From an uncultured Deinococcaceae bacterium (GTDB lineage: Bacteria; Deinococcota; Deinococci; Deinococcales; Deinococcaceae), in NCBI GenBank assembly GCA_964252075.1, contig CAXULY010000029.1, positions 1 to 64,000 of the forward strand: DNA of 64,000 nucleotides, given 5' to 3'. The position numbers and the translations under genes were made by a program. Of the stretch, positions 26,771 through 38,305 are shown piece after piece (position 1 is the first letter of the stretch; each line of letters begins with the position of its first letter). A model generated the notes under the pieces. It had not been told where the DNA came from. It worked only from the letters and a program-made list of their open reading frames with translations, and did no database searches.

Positions 26771-28792
26771 TCAGTTGACGGTGACCTTGAAGGTCTCGGT
26801 GATGCCCTGACCGGGCTTGAGGATGTCGAGGGTCGAGATGGTGTTGTCGTTGTTGGTGTCGATGCCGATCTCCACCAGCTGGCCTGCCGTGGGGGCCGTC
26901 GTGGGGGTCGTGGAGGTCTGCCAGGCACCGCCATTGAAGCGGTACAGCAGTTTGTAGCCGGTGGTGCCGTAGGCGTTGGTGTCGGTGATGCTGGCCGTCA
27001 CGCTCGCGAAGGTGGTGTTCGTGGGCACCGTGTCCTTGAGGATGTAGTTGGTGAGGTTGCTGTTGTTGGTGTTGCTGGCCGCGATGGTGTAGGTCAAGGT
27101 GGCGCCAGGAGCCGCGTTCGTGAGGTCAACCGTCTTGGCGGGCTTGTAGGAGTTCGCCGTGATCTGAACGGTGAACTTGTCGTTGTTGTCCGTCGAGGTG
27201 GCGCCCGTCGTGGCGGAGGTCGCCGTTTGCGTGAGGGTGTACGTGCCAGGCAGGGTGTTTTGCGGGACGTTGACCTGAGCGACCACGCAGTACGTGGCGC
27301 CCGCGGCGAGCGCGCCCGTGCTGGTGATGGCGGTGGTGTTGTCCGCCACGCCGTCGCAGTTGGCGTCCGCGTAGTACGTGACGGGCGTAGCGGTGGTGCC
27401 GGTCGGGGTGGTGATGTTCACCGTGCCCGTCAAGCTGAAGGTGTCCGGCGCGGTGCCGTTGTTCTTGACGACCATCGGGAAGGTGGTAGGGGTGGTGCCC
27501 GTGGCGGCGCCCGTGGTGGTCACCGTGTTGTTCGGCGTGCCGGGCGTCGGGGTGCCGTTCACGCTGTCGGTGAACTGCACGCTCGGCAGGTTCACGATGT
27601 TGGTGGTGGTGTCCGTGCCGCCTGTGCCGGTGCCGCCGTTCGTGGTCAGGCTGTTCTCACTGGTGCTGGTCACGGTGGCCGTGAAGGGCGCGGTGGGGCT
27701 GGTGGGAACCGAGCCGGCGGGGTACGTCACCGTGACGTAGAAGGTGTACTCGCCTGCCAGTCCCGGATTGACGGTGGGCGTCTTGGTGATGGGGCTGGTG
27801 CCAGCGGCATCGGAGGAGATGGTCACGGTCGCGCCCGTCGGGGCGTTGCTCAGGGCCGCCGTCAGGTCGAAGATGTCCGGGCGGTTGCCGTTGTTGACCA
27901 CCGAGTTCTTGAAGGTCACGCTGGTGCTGGTGGTGGTGGCCTGCGCGTTCTGGCTGTCGCCGTTGTAGTTGATGGTCACGCCGCCCTGGGTGTAGGGCGT
28001 GACGGCGGTGGTGTTCGCGGGGTCGAGTTTGCCGTCCGCGTCCGCATCGGTGTTTGGGCCGACCTTGCCCGCGTCGGTGCGGGAGAGCGTGACCTGGTTG
28101 AAGTTGTTGGCGTCCTGGTTCAGGTAGGGGGCGGTGGTGCCCGCAATGGCGACGGTCGAGGTGTAGCTGGTGCCGGTGGCGCCTGCGGGGTCATAGGTGC
28201 CGGAGCCCACCGGGTCGGCGCCCAGTTTGGTGCCGTTGGCCGAGTTGGCGCCGGTGGCGGGGACCACATACCGCTGAATGAGCTTGACGGTCGCGTTACC
28301 GGTGGTGTTGTTCGCCACCACAACGCTGGTGACCGCCGTGGCACCTTCGGTGCCATCCAGCACACCGTTGCCGTTGGTGTCCACGAAGTACTGAACGCCC
28401 GTGATGCCGCTGGTGGTGCTGAGGGCACCGTTCACCGAGTACAGGGTGGACAGCGTCACCTGAACGGGTGTGTTGCCCGTGTTCGTGACGGTGTACGGGA
28501 AATCCACGGTCGCGCCTGGCAGCGTGTTCGTCTGGCTCTGGCCGGGGGTGGCGGGGTGCGGCCCGAGGTCGGCACTGGAGTCGTTGGGGGTGATGGTGAA
28601 GGTCGGGACGGCGCTCACCGTGGTGGTCACGGTGTTGGAGTCGATCGGTGTCTGGGCCGTGCCGGTCGCGTCATTGAAGGTGGCGGTGGCGGTGTTGCTG
28701 ATCTGCGTGCCAGCGGAAGTGCCGCCGGCGGCGAGGGCAGAGCCGGCGGCCAGGGCGGCCATCACGGCGATGAGCTTGCTGTACTTGTTCAC
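26771..28792 (-). CDS. Secreted Thr-rich Ig-fold/DUF11 protein; putative major filament subunit
   Basis: GGAGGA RBS and GTG 28792; signal peptide ..AAGSALA; N-terminal AGTQISNTATATF; repeated V.N.GN..D.F.L units; C-terminal DUF11 ending FKVTVN. Confidence 0.85.
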   Translation of the reverse strand: MNKYSKLIAVMAALAAGSALAAGGTSAGTQISNTATATFNDATGTAQTPIDSNTVTTTVSAVPTFTITPNDSSADLGPHPATPGQSQTNTLPGATVDFPYTVTNTGNTPVQVTLSTLYSVNGALSTTSGITGVQYFVDTNGNGVLDGTEGATAVTSVVVANNTTGNATVKLIQRYVVPATGANSANGTKLGADPVGSGTYDPAGATGTSYTSTVAIAGTTAPYLNQDANNFNQVTLSRTDAGKVGPNTDADADGKLDPANTTAVTPYTQGGVTINYNGDSQNAQATTTSTSVTFKNSVVNNGNRPDIFDLTAALSNAPTGATVTISSDAAGTSPITKTPTVNPGLAGEYTFYVTVTYPAGSVPTSPTAPFTATVTSTSENSLTTNGGTGTGGTDTTTNIVNLPSVQFTDSVNGTPTPGTPNNTVTTTGAATGTTPTTFPMVVKNNGTAPDTFSLTGTVNITTPTGTTATPVTYYADANCDGVADNTTAITSTGALAAGATYCVVAQVNVPQNTLPGTYTLTQTATSATTGATSTDNNDKFTVQITANSYKPAKTVDLTNAAPGATLTYTIAASNTNNSNLTNYILKDTVPTNTTFASVTASITDTNAYGTTGYKLLYRFNGGAWQTSTTPTTAPTAGQLVEIGIDTNNDNTISTLDILKPGQGITETFKVTVN

Positions 28793-28824
28793 TGTTCCTC
28801 CTGAAAAGGGCTGGGCGGCGGGCA

Positions 28825-29325
28825 TCATTGGACTTTCACGCGAAGGTTGAGCTTGAGGGCCTGAGCGCCACCGAAGGTGGGCAGGGTCCAGCGGACGTTG
28901 GTGTACTCGGTGGGGGAAACAGTGACCTCCTTGGTGACGCTCTTGCCGTTCTCAACCTTCGTGACGGTGCGTTTGAGCGGCGGCACACCATAGGTCTTGC
29001 CACCGTCGAAGCTGAATTCCGTGGTGGCGCCCTGAGGTGCGCCCGTCTGGGACATGTAGGTGGTGCCCTTGGGTACAGGGAGTTGCAGGCGCACGTTCGT
29101 CAGGGCGGCGCTGCCCGTGTTGCTGACCTGCAGTTGCTGCTCCAGCACGTTGCCGGGCGTGGTTTCCTTGGGGGACGTCACGAGGGCTTCCTGGGTCTTG
29201 CCGTCCTTGGTGATGGTCTGCACGAGGAACTGGCTGAGCACCAGCTTCAGCGGGCTGCTGGCCTGCTGCGCAGCGGCGATGCCCGCGAGGGCGAGGGCGA
29301 CGGAGAGGAAGCGGCGTTGGGGCAT
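28825..29325 (-). CDS. Small secreted single-DUF11-like protein; putative chaperone
   Basis: Signal peptide; PGNVLEQQLQVSNTG..L.LPVPKGTTY..FSFDGGKTYG..YTNVRWT..LRVKVQ; RBS AAGGAG. Confidence 0.8.
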   Translation of the reverse strand: MPQRRFLSVALALAGIAAAQQASSPLKLVLSQFLVQTITKDGKTQEALVTSPKETTPGNVLEQQLQVSNTGSAALTNVRLQLPVPKGTTYMSQTGAPQGATTEFSFDGGKTYGVPPLKRTVTKVENGKSVTKEVTVSPTEYTNVRWTLPTFGGAQALKLNLRVKVQ

Positions 29326-29393
29326 GGTGTTCTCCTTGGGGGCGGGGTGGCCTGCATGACAAGAGGTGCGACCGAAGACAGCAGGGGGTGCCT

Positions 29394-29469
29394 GTCAGCC
29401 GTGGTCGCACCACTGGCTCCACGTCTGACAGGTGCCCGAATACACCAGACGCTTCATTGCCTTGCTGAC
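29394..29469 (-). ncRNA. c-di-GMP-II riboswitch
   Basis: Minus strand reads GTCAGC-AAGGCAATGAA-GCGTCTGG-TGTATTCGGGCACCTG-TCAGACGT-GGAGCCAGTGGTGCGACC-ACG-GCTGAC. It shows the P1 and P2 helices, the AUGAA/GGAG kink-turn-like element and the GCACC/GGTGC pseudoknot of the class II consensus as I recall it. Confidence 0.85.
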
Positions 29470-29772
29470 GAAAGTCTATGGACCCAGGTCTTACATTTCT
29501 CTTACCTTTTGTCATTTCTCACGAAACTTAGCTTAACGAGGCCGTCGGGCTTCGCATTTTGTGCTGCCCGAGGGGATAAGAAGTAGGGAAAATATCCCGT
29601 TGTTGTCGCTGCGTCTTCCTCACGAGGGCTTCACGCGTCCGTCAGGTGCTCAACGGATTCTCATTTAAGCGAGCCCACTCAGGGAACATACACGCATCCG
29701 GCAGATTTGGATGTTGCATGGCGCAGCGCGCAACTCTTTCGCGTGCTGGAGGCATTCCAGCTCACAGCGCAC

Positions 29773-29809
29773 AATAAAAATGAGGCGGACCCTGACCGGG
29801 TCCGCCTCA
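29773..29809 (-). terminator. Intrinsic terminator after carA
   Basis: TGAGGCGGACCC/GGGTCCGCCTCA followed by TTTTTATT. Confidence 0.85.
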
Positions 29810-29828
29810 CCTAACCTTCACTAAAATT

Positions 29829-31013
<1,185 letters not shown>

Positions 31014-31138
31014 AGGGACCTCCATACGCGGCTCACCGGCCGGGTTTCATGGCGCTCGCGGGGCGGGGCGCCCCGCTTCGGCCGCCAGGATAGCGGGGGG
31101 TGGCCGCGCCATGCGTGAGGTGAGGCAGGATGTGCGCC

Positions 31139-31666
31139 TCAGCTCAGGCGCTTCTCCATGGCGATCTCGTTGCAGTTCTCGAAGAAGGGGCAGCGCTGGC
31201 ACTCACTCCACACTTTCGGGTGCAGGTTCGTCTTGTCGATGCGGGTGAAGCCGCACTTCTCGAAGAAGCCCTGCTGGTACGTCCACGCGAACAGCGCGGG
31301 GAGCGCGAGTTCGCGCGCCTCGTGCTCGCAGGCCTCCACCAGCGCCTTGCCCAGGCCGCGGCCCTGCATGGCGGGGTGAATGGCGAGGCCGCGCACCTCC
31401 GCGAGGTCGTGCGACAGCAGGTGCAGGCCGCACACGCCCGCGAGGCCCCCTGGCTGGCCCTCATGCGGCTCCGCGATCACCAGCTGGAAATCGCGGATGC
31501 TCTCCGCGAGCAGGCCCCTGCTGCGCACCAGCATCAGGCCGCGCGCCGCCCAGTACCCAATGAGTTCGTGGATGGCGTCAATGTCGCTGAGGCGCGCCTT
31601 GCGGAAGGTGAGCGGCGCCCGCGGGTGCAGGTCCGGCACCGCGATGGAGTCCAGCATCAGGGTCAT
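31139..31666 (-). CDS. GNAT acetyltransferase, probable short-form N-acetylglutamate synthase (ArgA-like)
   Basis: LAEVRGLAIHP..QGRGLGKALV, FFEKCGF, LHPKVWSECQRCPFFENCNEIAM; located in the arg operon. Confidence 0.75.
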   Translation of the reverse strand: MTLMLDSIAVPDLHPRAPLTFRKARLSDIDAIHELIGYWAARGLMLVRSRGLLAESIRDFQLVIAEPHEGQPGGLAGVCGLHLLSHDLAEVRGLAIHPAMQGRGLGKALVEACEHEARELALPALFAWTYQQGFFEKCGFTRIDKTNLHPKVWSECQRCPFFENCNEIAMEKRLS

Positions 31667-32157
31667 TGCGTGAGGTCCTTCCGCCAGGCGTGCTCGTCGT
31701 GAATCCAGCCGCGCGTGAGGCCGCTCACGACCTGCGGCACGTCCGGCAGGGCCGCCGCGAGGTCCGTGACGGGCACCGCCACGAAGCCCAGGCGCTCCCA
31801 GTACGCGCCCGCGTCGCTGCTGAATAGGTACACCGCGTGGTCGCCGCGCAGGGTGGCGAGCGTGAGGGCGCTCTGCGCGAGCGCACGGCCCACGCCGAGG
31901 CCGCGCGCCTCGGGCAGCACGGACGCGGAGCGCAGCAGGGACGCGCCCCGCCCGTGCTCCATGCCAATGCAGCCGACCGGCACGCCCGCGTGGCGCGCGA
32001 TCCAGTACGTGCTGCCCTCGAAGGTCGCGCTGCTGGTGTACAGGCCGACGGCACCCGCGAGGTCCCGCACGAGGTCCAGCTCGTCCGGGCGGGCGGGGTC
32101 CACCTTCAGGCTCAGCTCGGGGTACGCGAGGGGGGACGGGTGGGGGTGGGCGGTCAT
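31663..32157 (-). CDS. GNAT family acetyltransferase
   Basis: LLRSASVLPEARGLGVGRAL, YWERLGF. Confidence 0.82.
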   Translation of the reverse strand: MTAHPHPSPLAYPELSLKVDPARPDELDLVRDLAGAVGLYTSSATFEGSTYWIARHAGVPVGCIGMEHGRGASLLRSASVLPEARGLGVGRALAQSALTLATLRGDHAVYLFSSDAGAYWERLGFVAVPVTDLAAALPDVPQVVSGLTRGWIHDEHAWRKDLTQ

Positions 32158-33575
32158 GCGTCCTCCTTCTGCAAGGCGGCTTTCGCGGCCTGCACCTGCT
32201 CGGTCACGCGCTCGGGCGCCGTGCCACCGTAACTCGTGCGCGCCTGCACGCTCTCATGCACGGTCAGGCGCTGCGCGACGCCGCCCCCCAGCAAGGGGTG
32301 TGCGGCCTGCATCTCTTCATCCGTGAGGTCCCATAACTGCCGGTTGGACCGGCTCGCGAGGCCCACCAGGGACCCCACGATCTCGTGCGCCTCGCGGAAG
32401 GGCACGCCCTGCAAGGCCAGGAAGTCCGCGAGGTCCGTCGCGGTGGAGTACCCGCGCGCCGCCGCCGCCCGCGTCACCTCAGGGTGCCAGGTGGCCTTCG
32501 GGAGCATGTCGGCGTACAGACGCAACGTAATGGACACCGTGTCGTAGGCGTCGAAAACCGGCTCCTTGTCCTCCTGCAGGTCCTTATTGTACGCGAGCGG
32601 CGTGCCCTTCACGACGGTCAGCAGGGCCATCAGGTCCCCGAACACGCGGCCCGCCTTGCCGCGCGCGAGTTCCGCCACGTCCGGGTTCTTCTTCTGCGGC
32701 ATGATGCTGCTGCCCGTCGTGTGGCTGTCCGGCAGCGTCACGAAGCCGAACTCGAAGGTGGAGTACAGTACCAGTTCCTCCGACAGGCGCGACAGGTGCG
32801 CCGTGAGGATGCTGCACGCCGACAGGAACTCCAGGGCGAAATCGCGGCTGCCCACGGCGTCCAGGCTGTTCGCGCTGGGGCGCGCGAAGCCCAGGGCGCG
32901 CGCGGTGTCGAAACGGTCGATGGGCCAGGGGGTGCCCGCGAGCGCCGCCGCGCCCAGCGGGGACTCGTCCATGCGCGCCGCCGCGTCCCGGAAGCGGCCC
33001 TCGTCGCGCGTGAGCATCTCCACGTACGCCAGCAGCCAGTGGCTGAGCAGGATGGGCTGCGCCACCTGCAGGTGCGTGTACCCCGGCAGGATCACGGGCG
33101 CGCCCGCGTCCGACGTCAGGTGCCGCTCGGCCTCCGCGACGAACACCGCGCGCAGGGCGCGCGCCTTGTCCGCAAGGTCCAGCGCCGCCGCCTTCGTGAA
33201 CAGCCGGAAGTCCGTGGCGACCTGATCGTTGCGGCTGCGCGCCGTGTGCAGTTTGCCCGCCACCGGCCCGATGCGCTCGCGCAGGGTCGCCTCGATGTTC
33301 ATGTGGACGTCCTCGCGGTCCAGGCGCCACTCGAAGCGCCCCGCCTGCACGTCCGCCAGGATGGCCTTCAGGCCGTTCTCGATGGCGTGCACCTCGGCCT
33401 GCTCCAGAATGCCCGCGCGGCCCAGCATGGCGACGTGCGCCAGGGAGCCCTGGATGTCCTGCGCGGCGAGGCGCTGGTCGAAGGGGACGCTGGCGTTGTA
33501 CAACTCCACCAGCGAGTCGGTCGCCTCAGCGAAGCGCCCGCCCCAGAGTTTTTTCGGTGCGTTCTCGGTGGTCAT
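32154..33575 (-). CDS. argH: Argininosuccinate lyase
   Basis: LWGGRF, EDVHMNIE, LHTARSRNDQV, GYTHLQ, GSSIMPQKKNPD, YNKDLQEDKE. Confidence 0.97.
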   Translation of the reverse strand: MTTENAPKKLWGGRFAEATDSLVELYNASVPFDQRLAAQDIQGSLAHVAMLGRAGILEQAEVHAIENGLKAILADVQAGRFEWRLDREDVHMNIEATLRERIGPVAGKLHTARSRNDQVATDFRLFTKAAALDLADKARALRAVFVAEAERHLTSDAGAPVILPGYTHLQVAQPILLSHWLLAYVEMLTRDEGRFRDAAARMDESPLGAAALAGTPWPIDRFDTARALGFARPSANSLDAVGSRDFALEFLSACSILTAHLSRLSEELVLYSTFEFGFVTLPDSHTTGSSIMPQKKNPDVAELARGKAGRVFGDLMALLTVVKGTPLAYNKDLQEDKEPVFDAYDTVSITLRLYADMLPKATWHPEVTRAAAARGYSTATDLADFLALQGVPFREAHEIVGSLVGLASRSNRQLWDLTDEEMQAAHPLLGGGVAQRLTVHESVQARTSYGGTAPERVTEQVQAAKAALQKEDA

Positions 33576-33603
33576 TGCGGTCCTCGGGTCAGGCGGTGCG
33601 GGG

Positions 33604-34080
33604 TCATGCGGGCACCTGCAGGGCTTTGGTCATGACTTTCGGGGCGGGGCTGCTGGCGCTGGCGTGGCCGTAGGTGGCGGTGTCGTCCAGGCGGTAGCCG
33701 AGGCGCTCGTAGAAGGGAATGACGCTCAGGTTGTAGAGGCTCACGGCGAGCAGCACGCGCTCGAAGCCCTGTTGTGTGCCGTAAGCTTCGACGGCGCGCA
33801 CGAGGGCGGCCGCGATGCCCTGGCTGCGCGCGTCCGGGCGCACGGCAAGCTTCATGAGGGTGAGGGTGGGCCGCTCGTCCCAGTAACAGAAACAACCCAC
33901 CGCCTCGCCCGCCTGCTCGGCGAGGAAGCCGCCCCCGGCGCGCAGGTTCTCGCGCGCGCCGTCCACCGTGAGGCGGTGGCCGCTGGAGCGCGGGTCGATG
34001 TCGTCCCGCCACGCGGCGTGCACGAGGGCGGTGATGGTGGCGGCGTCCTCCGGGGCGGCGGGGCGGATAGTGAAGGTCAC
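33604..34080 (-). CDS. GNAT family acetyltransferase
   Basis: KLAVRPDARSQGIAAALV, FYERLGY. Confidence 0.82.
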   Translation of the reverse strand: MTFTIRPAAPEDAATITALVHAAWRDDIDPRSSGHRLTVDGARENLRAGGGFLAEQAGEAVGCFCYWDERPTLTLMKLAVRPDARSQGIAAALVRAVEAYGTQQGFERVLLAVSLYNLSVIPFYERLGYRLDDTATYGHASASSPAPKVMTKALQVPA

Positions 34081-34550
34081 GCGGGCACCTCCGCAGGCAC
34101 GAGCAGGCGCATCTCGTTGGTGGGTGTGAAGCCCAGCCCGGTATACACGGGCCGTCCGGCGTCGCTGGCGTGCAGGCTGAGGATGCGGATGCCGCGCGCG
34201 CGGGTCTCCTGGATGGCGCGCTCGGTGAGGGCACGCGCCAGGCCCTGCCCGCGGTGGTCGGGCTGCACGTACACGTTCAGCAGGTACGCGCGCAGAGGCT
34301 GCGGGTCGAGGGTGTGCGGCGGCCAGTCAATGAAGAGCAGGCCCGCGCCCGCCACGACCGTGCCCGCGTGCTCCACGAACCACCCCTGGTACAGCCCGGA
34401 CGCCAGTTTCGGCCCCACCCACGGGGTGAACCGCGCGACGTCCTCGCGGTAGTCCTGGCCCATCTCCACGAACATCGCCTCGCGCTGATGGGAGACGAGG
34501 GCAGCGTCCGACGGGCGGGCGTCCCGAAGGCTGTACCCGGCGGGGAGCAT
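34077..34550 (-). CDS. GNAT family acetyltransferase
   Basis: LNVYVQPDHRGQGLARAL, LHASDAGRPVYTGLGF; start overlaps the upstream stop. Confidence 0.85.
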   Translation of the reverse strand: MLPAGYSLRDARPSDAALVSHQREAMFVEMGQDYREDVARFTPWVGPKLASGLYQGWFVEHAGTVVAGAGLLFIDWPPHTLDPQPLRAYLLNVYVQPDHRGQGLARALTERAIQETRARGIRILSLHASDAGRPVYTGLGFTPTNEMRLLVPAEVPA

Positions 34551-34990
34551 CACAGTCCCGCCCGCCCCGGAACCTGTGCGAGGTGGTGCAGCTGGTGCGC
34601 CACGTAGTCCTCCGTGAGCCACGCGAGGGTGACGGGCTCTCCCCCGCCGACCGTCAGGGTGTGTGCGAGCTGCTCGGGGGCGAGGCGTTCGATGAGCTGC
34701 GCGAGGTGCAGCTGGTAGGCCGCCCAGAGGTCCAGCACCTCAGCCCAGGGGCGCTCCTGCCACCCGCTCAGCGCCACCCAGTCGTTCTGTACGTAGCCGG
34801 GCAGCGCGAGGCCGTCCTGCATGGCCGCCTGAACGAAGCGCGCGTGGTTGTTCACGCCGCTGTCCGTCAGGTGCCCCAGGATCTCCTTGGCGCTCCACAC
34901 GCTGGGAGTGGGTTTGCGGCCCGCCTGCGCCTCACCGAGCGTCTGCAGCACCGGGAGGTGGGTGGTGACGACCTCGCGCAGCCCCGTCAC
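34550..34990 (-). CDS. DinB family protein
   Basis: WSAKEILGHLTDS..DYVAHQLHHLAQV metal-binding histidines. Confidence 0.82.
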   Translation of the reverse strand: MTGLREVVTTHLPVLQTLGEAQAGRKPTPSVWSAKEILGHLTDSGVNNHARFVQAAMQDGLALPGYVQNDWVALSGWQERPWAEVLDLWAAYQLHLAQLIERLAPEQLAHTLTVGGGEPVTLAWLTEDYVAHQLHHLAQVPGRAGL

Positions 34991-34991
34991 G

Positions 34992-36230
<1,239 letters not shown>

Positions 36231-36374
36231 GTCGGTATTGTCTCCCGTGGGCGTGAAGGGGGCGTCTGCGGAGGTGGTGGGTCGTGCATGAGGCCGCCCG
36301 ACGCGAACGCGCCCGGTCACCAAGAAGCTCTGGTGCCGGGGGGCGTTAACGTCGGGCGGTCAGGGTCTGCATCG

Positions 36375-36413
36375 GTTGGAAGAGTATGCACATTTCGTGC
36401 ATAGCCATGCAAT
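36375..36413. promoter_or_regulatory. Tandem ARG boxes (ArgR operator) upstream of the argG operon
   Basis: Minus strand TGCATGGCTATGCA then TGCATACTCTTCCA, in the 18+3+18 bp arrangement typical of ArgR sites. Confidence 0.72.
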
Positions 36414-36417
36414 CCTA

Positions 36418-37563
<1,146 letters not shown>

Positions 37564-37616
37564 GGCCCGAGTGTGACGCGCGCGGGGCGGCACGGCGCGT
37601 AGATGCATATATGTAA

Positions 37617-37648
37617 GGCGGGGCGGCTCCGCGCAGAGCCGCCCCGCC
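37617..37648. terminator. GC-rich hairpin after the small outer-membrane protein gene
   Basis: GGCGGGGCGGCTC/GAGCCGCCCCGCC. Confidence 0.55.
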
Positions 37649-37661
37649 CCAACCTGTCGCC

Positions 37662-38153
37662 TCAGCGCAGGTCGTAGTTCACGCCGAGGCGCAGGCCGAA
37701 GCCAATCCCGACCGCCGCGCCGCTGGCGGAGCTGCCGCTGGAGCTAGCGCGCGCGAAGGCGATGCTGGGCCCCACGGAGCCCTCCACGAAAGGGGTGAAC
37801 CGGCTGGCGGTGTTGAAGTTCACGCCAATCAGGGCGTTGGGGTACAGGCTCACGCCGGTGGCGCTGCTGCCGCCGCCCGTGGCCACCGCGAGGCCCAGGC
37901 CGAGGCCGAAGCCGTAGTAGGGGCTCACGCTGTCGCTGCCGCCGTTCAGGGGTAGCAGGTAGGACACGTCGCCGCTGATGCCCAGCACGCCGCCACCCTG
38001 GAACAGGCCGACGACGGGCAGGCCCAGGCCGTAACGCAGGCCGTTGTCCTGCTGGTACTGCGCGCCCACCAGGAAGAACCCGACCTGGTCGGCGGCGGCG
38101 GTGGAGGTGAGGGTCAGGGCGGTGGCGGCCAGCATGAGCTTCATGGTCTTCAT
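37662..38153 (-). CDS. Small outer-membrane beta-barrel-like protein
   Basis: Signal peptide ..TSTAAA; SPYYGFGLG, GVNF, PFVEG; C-terminal GLRLGVNY strand. Start codon uncertain. Confidence 0.7.
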   Translation of the reverse strand: MKTMKLMLAATALTLTSTAAADQVGFFLVGAQYQQDNGLRYGLGLPVVGLFQGGGVLGISGDVSYLLPLNGGSDSVSPYYGFGLGLGLAVATGGGSSATGVSLYPNALIGVNFNTASRFTPFVEGSVGPSIAFARASSSGSSASGAAVGIGFGLRLGVNYDLR

Positions 38154-38248
38154 GAGGAGCATCTAAGCATGCGCAGCGTCCACTTGTACAGGCCTCATGA
38201 GACGCCACCCATTGTCCCGCTCTCCTCCCATTCACCCGACGTGGCCTG

Positions 38249-38266
38249 AATGCATAAGCTTGCACA
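38249..38266. promoter_or_regulatory. Probable ARG box upstream of carB
   Basis: TGCATAAGCTTGCA, about 40 nt before the carB start. Confidence 0.5.
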
Positions 38267-38305
38267 CCTGCGCATGACCTGTTCGTGTTAGGGTGGTCGC
38301 TTGGA

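Noticed and set aside
16908..29325. Sortase pilus, type IV pilus, curli or classical chaperone-usher assignment for the DUF11 operon
   Set aside because: No sortase or LPXTG motif, no class III signal peptide or ATPase, no curlin repeats, and no recognisable PapC/PapD motifs.
37600..37617. TGCATATATGTA as an ARG box before the aminotransferase
   Set aside because: Half-site spacing does not fit the 14-bp core and there is no tandem partner.
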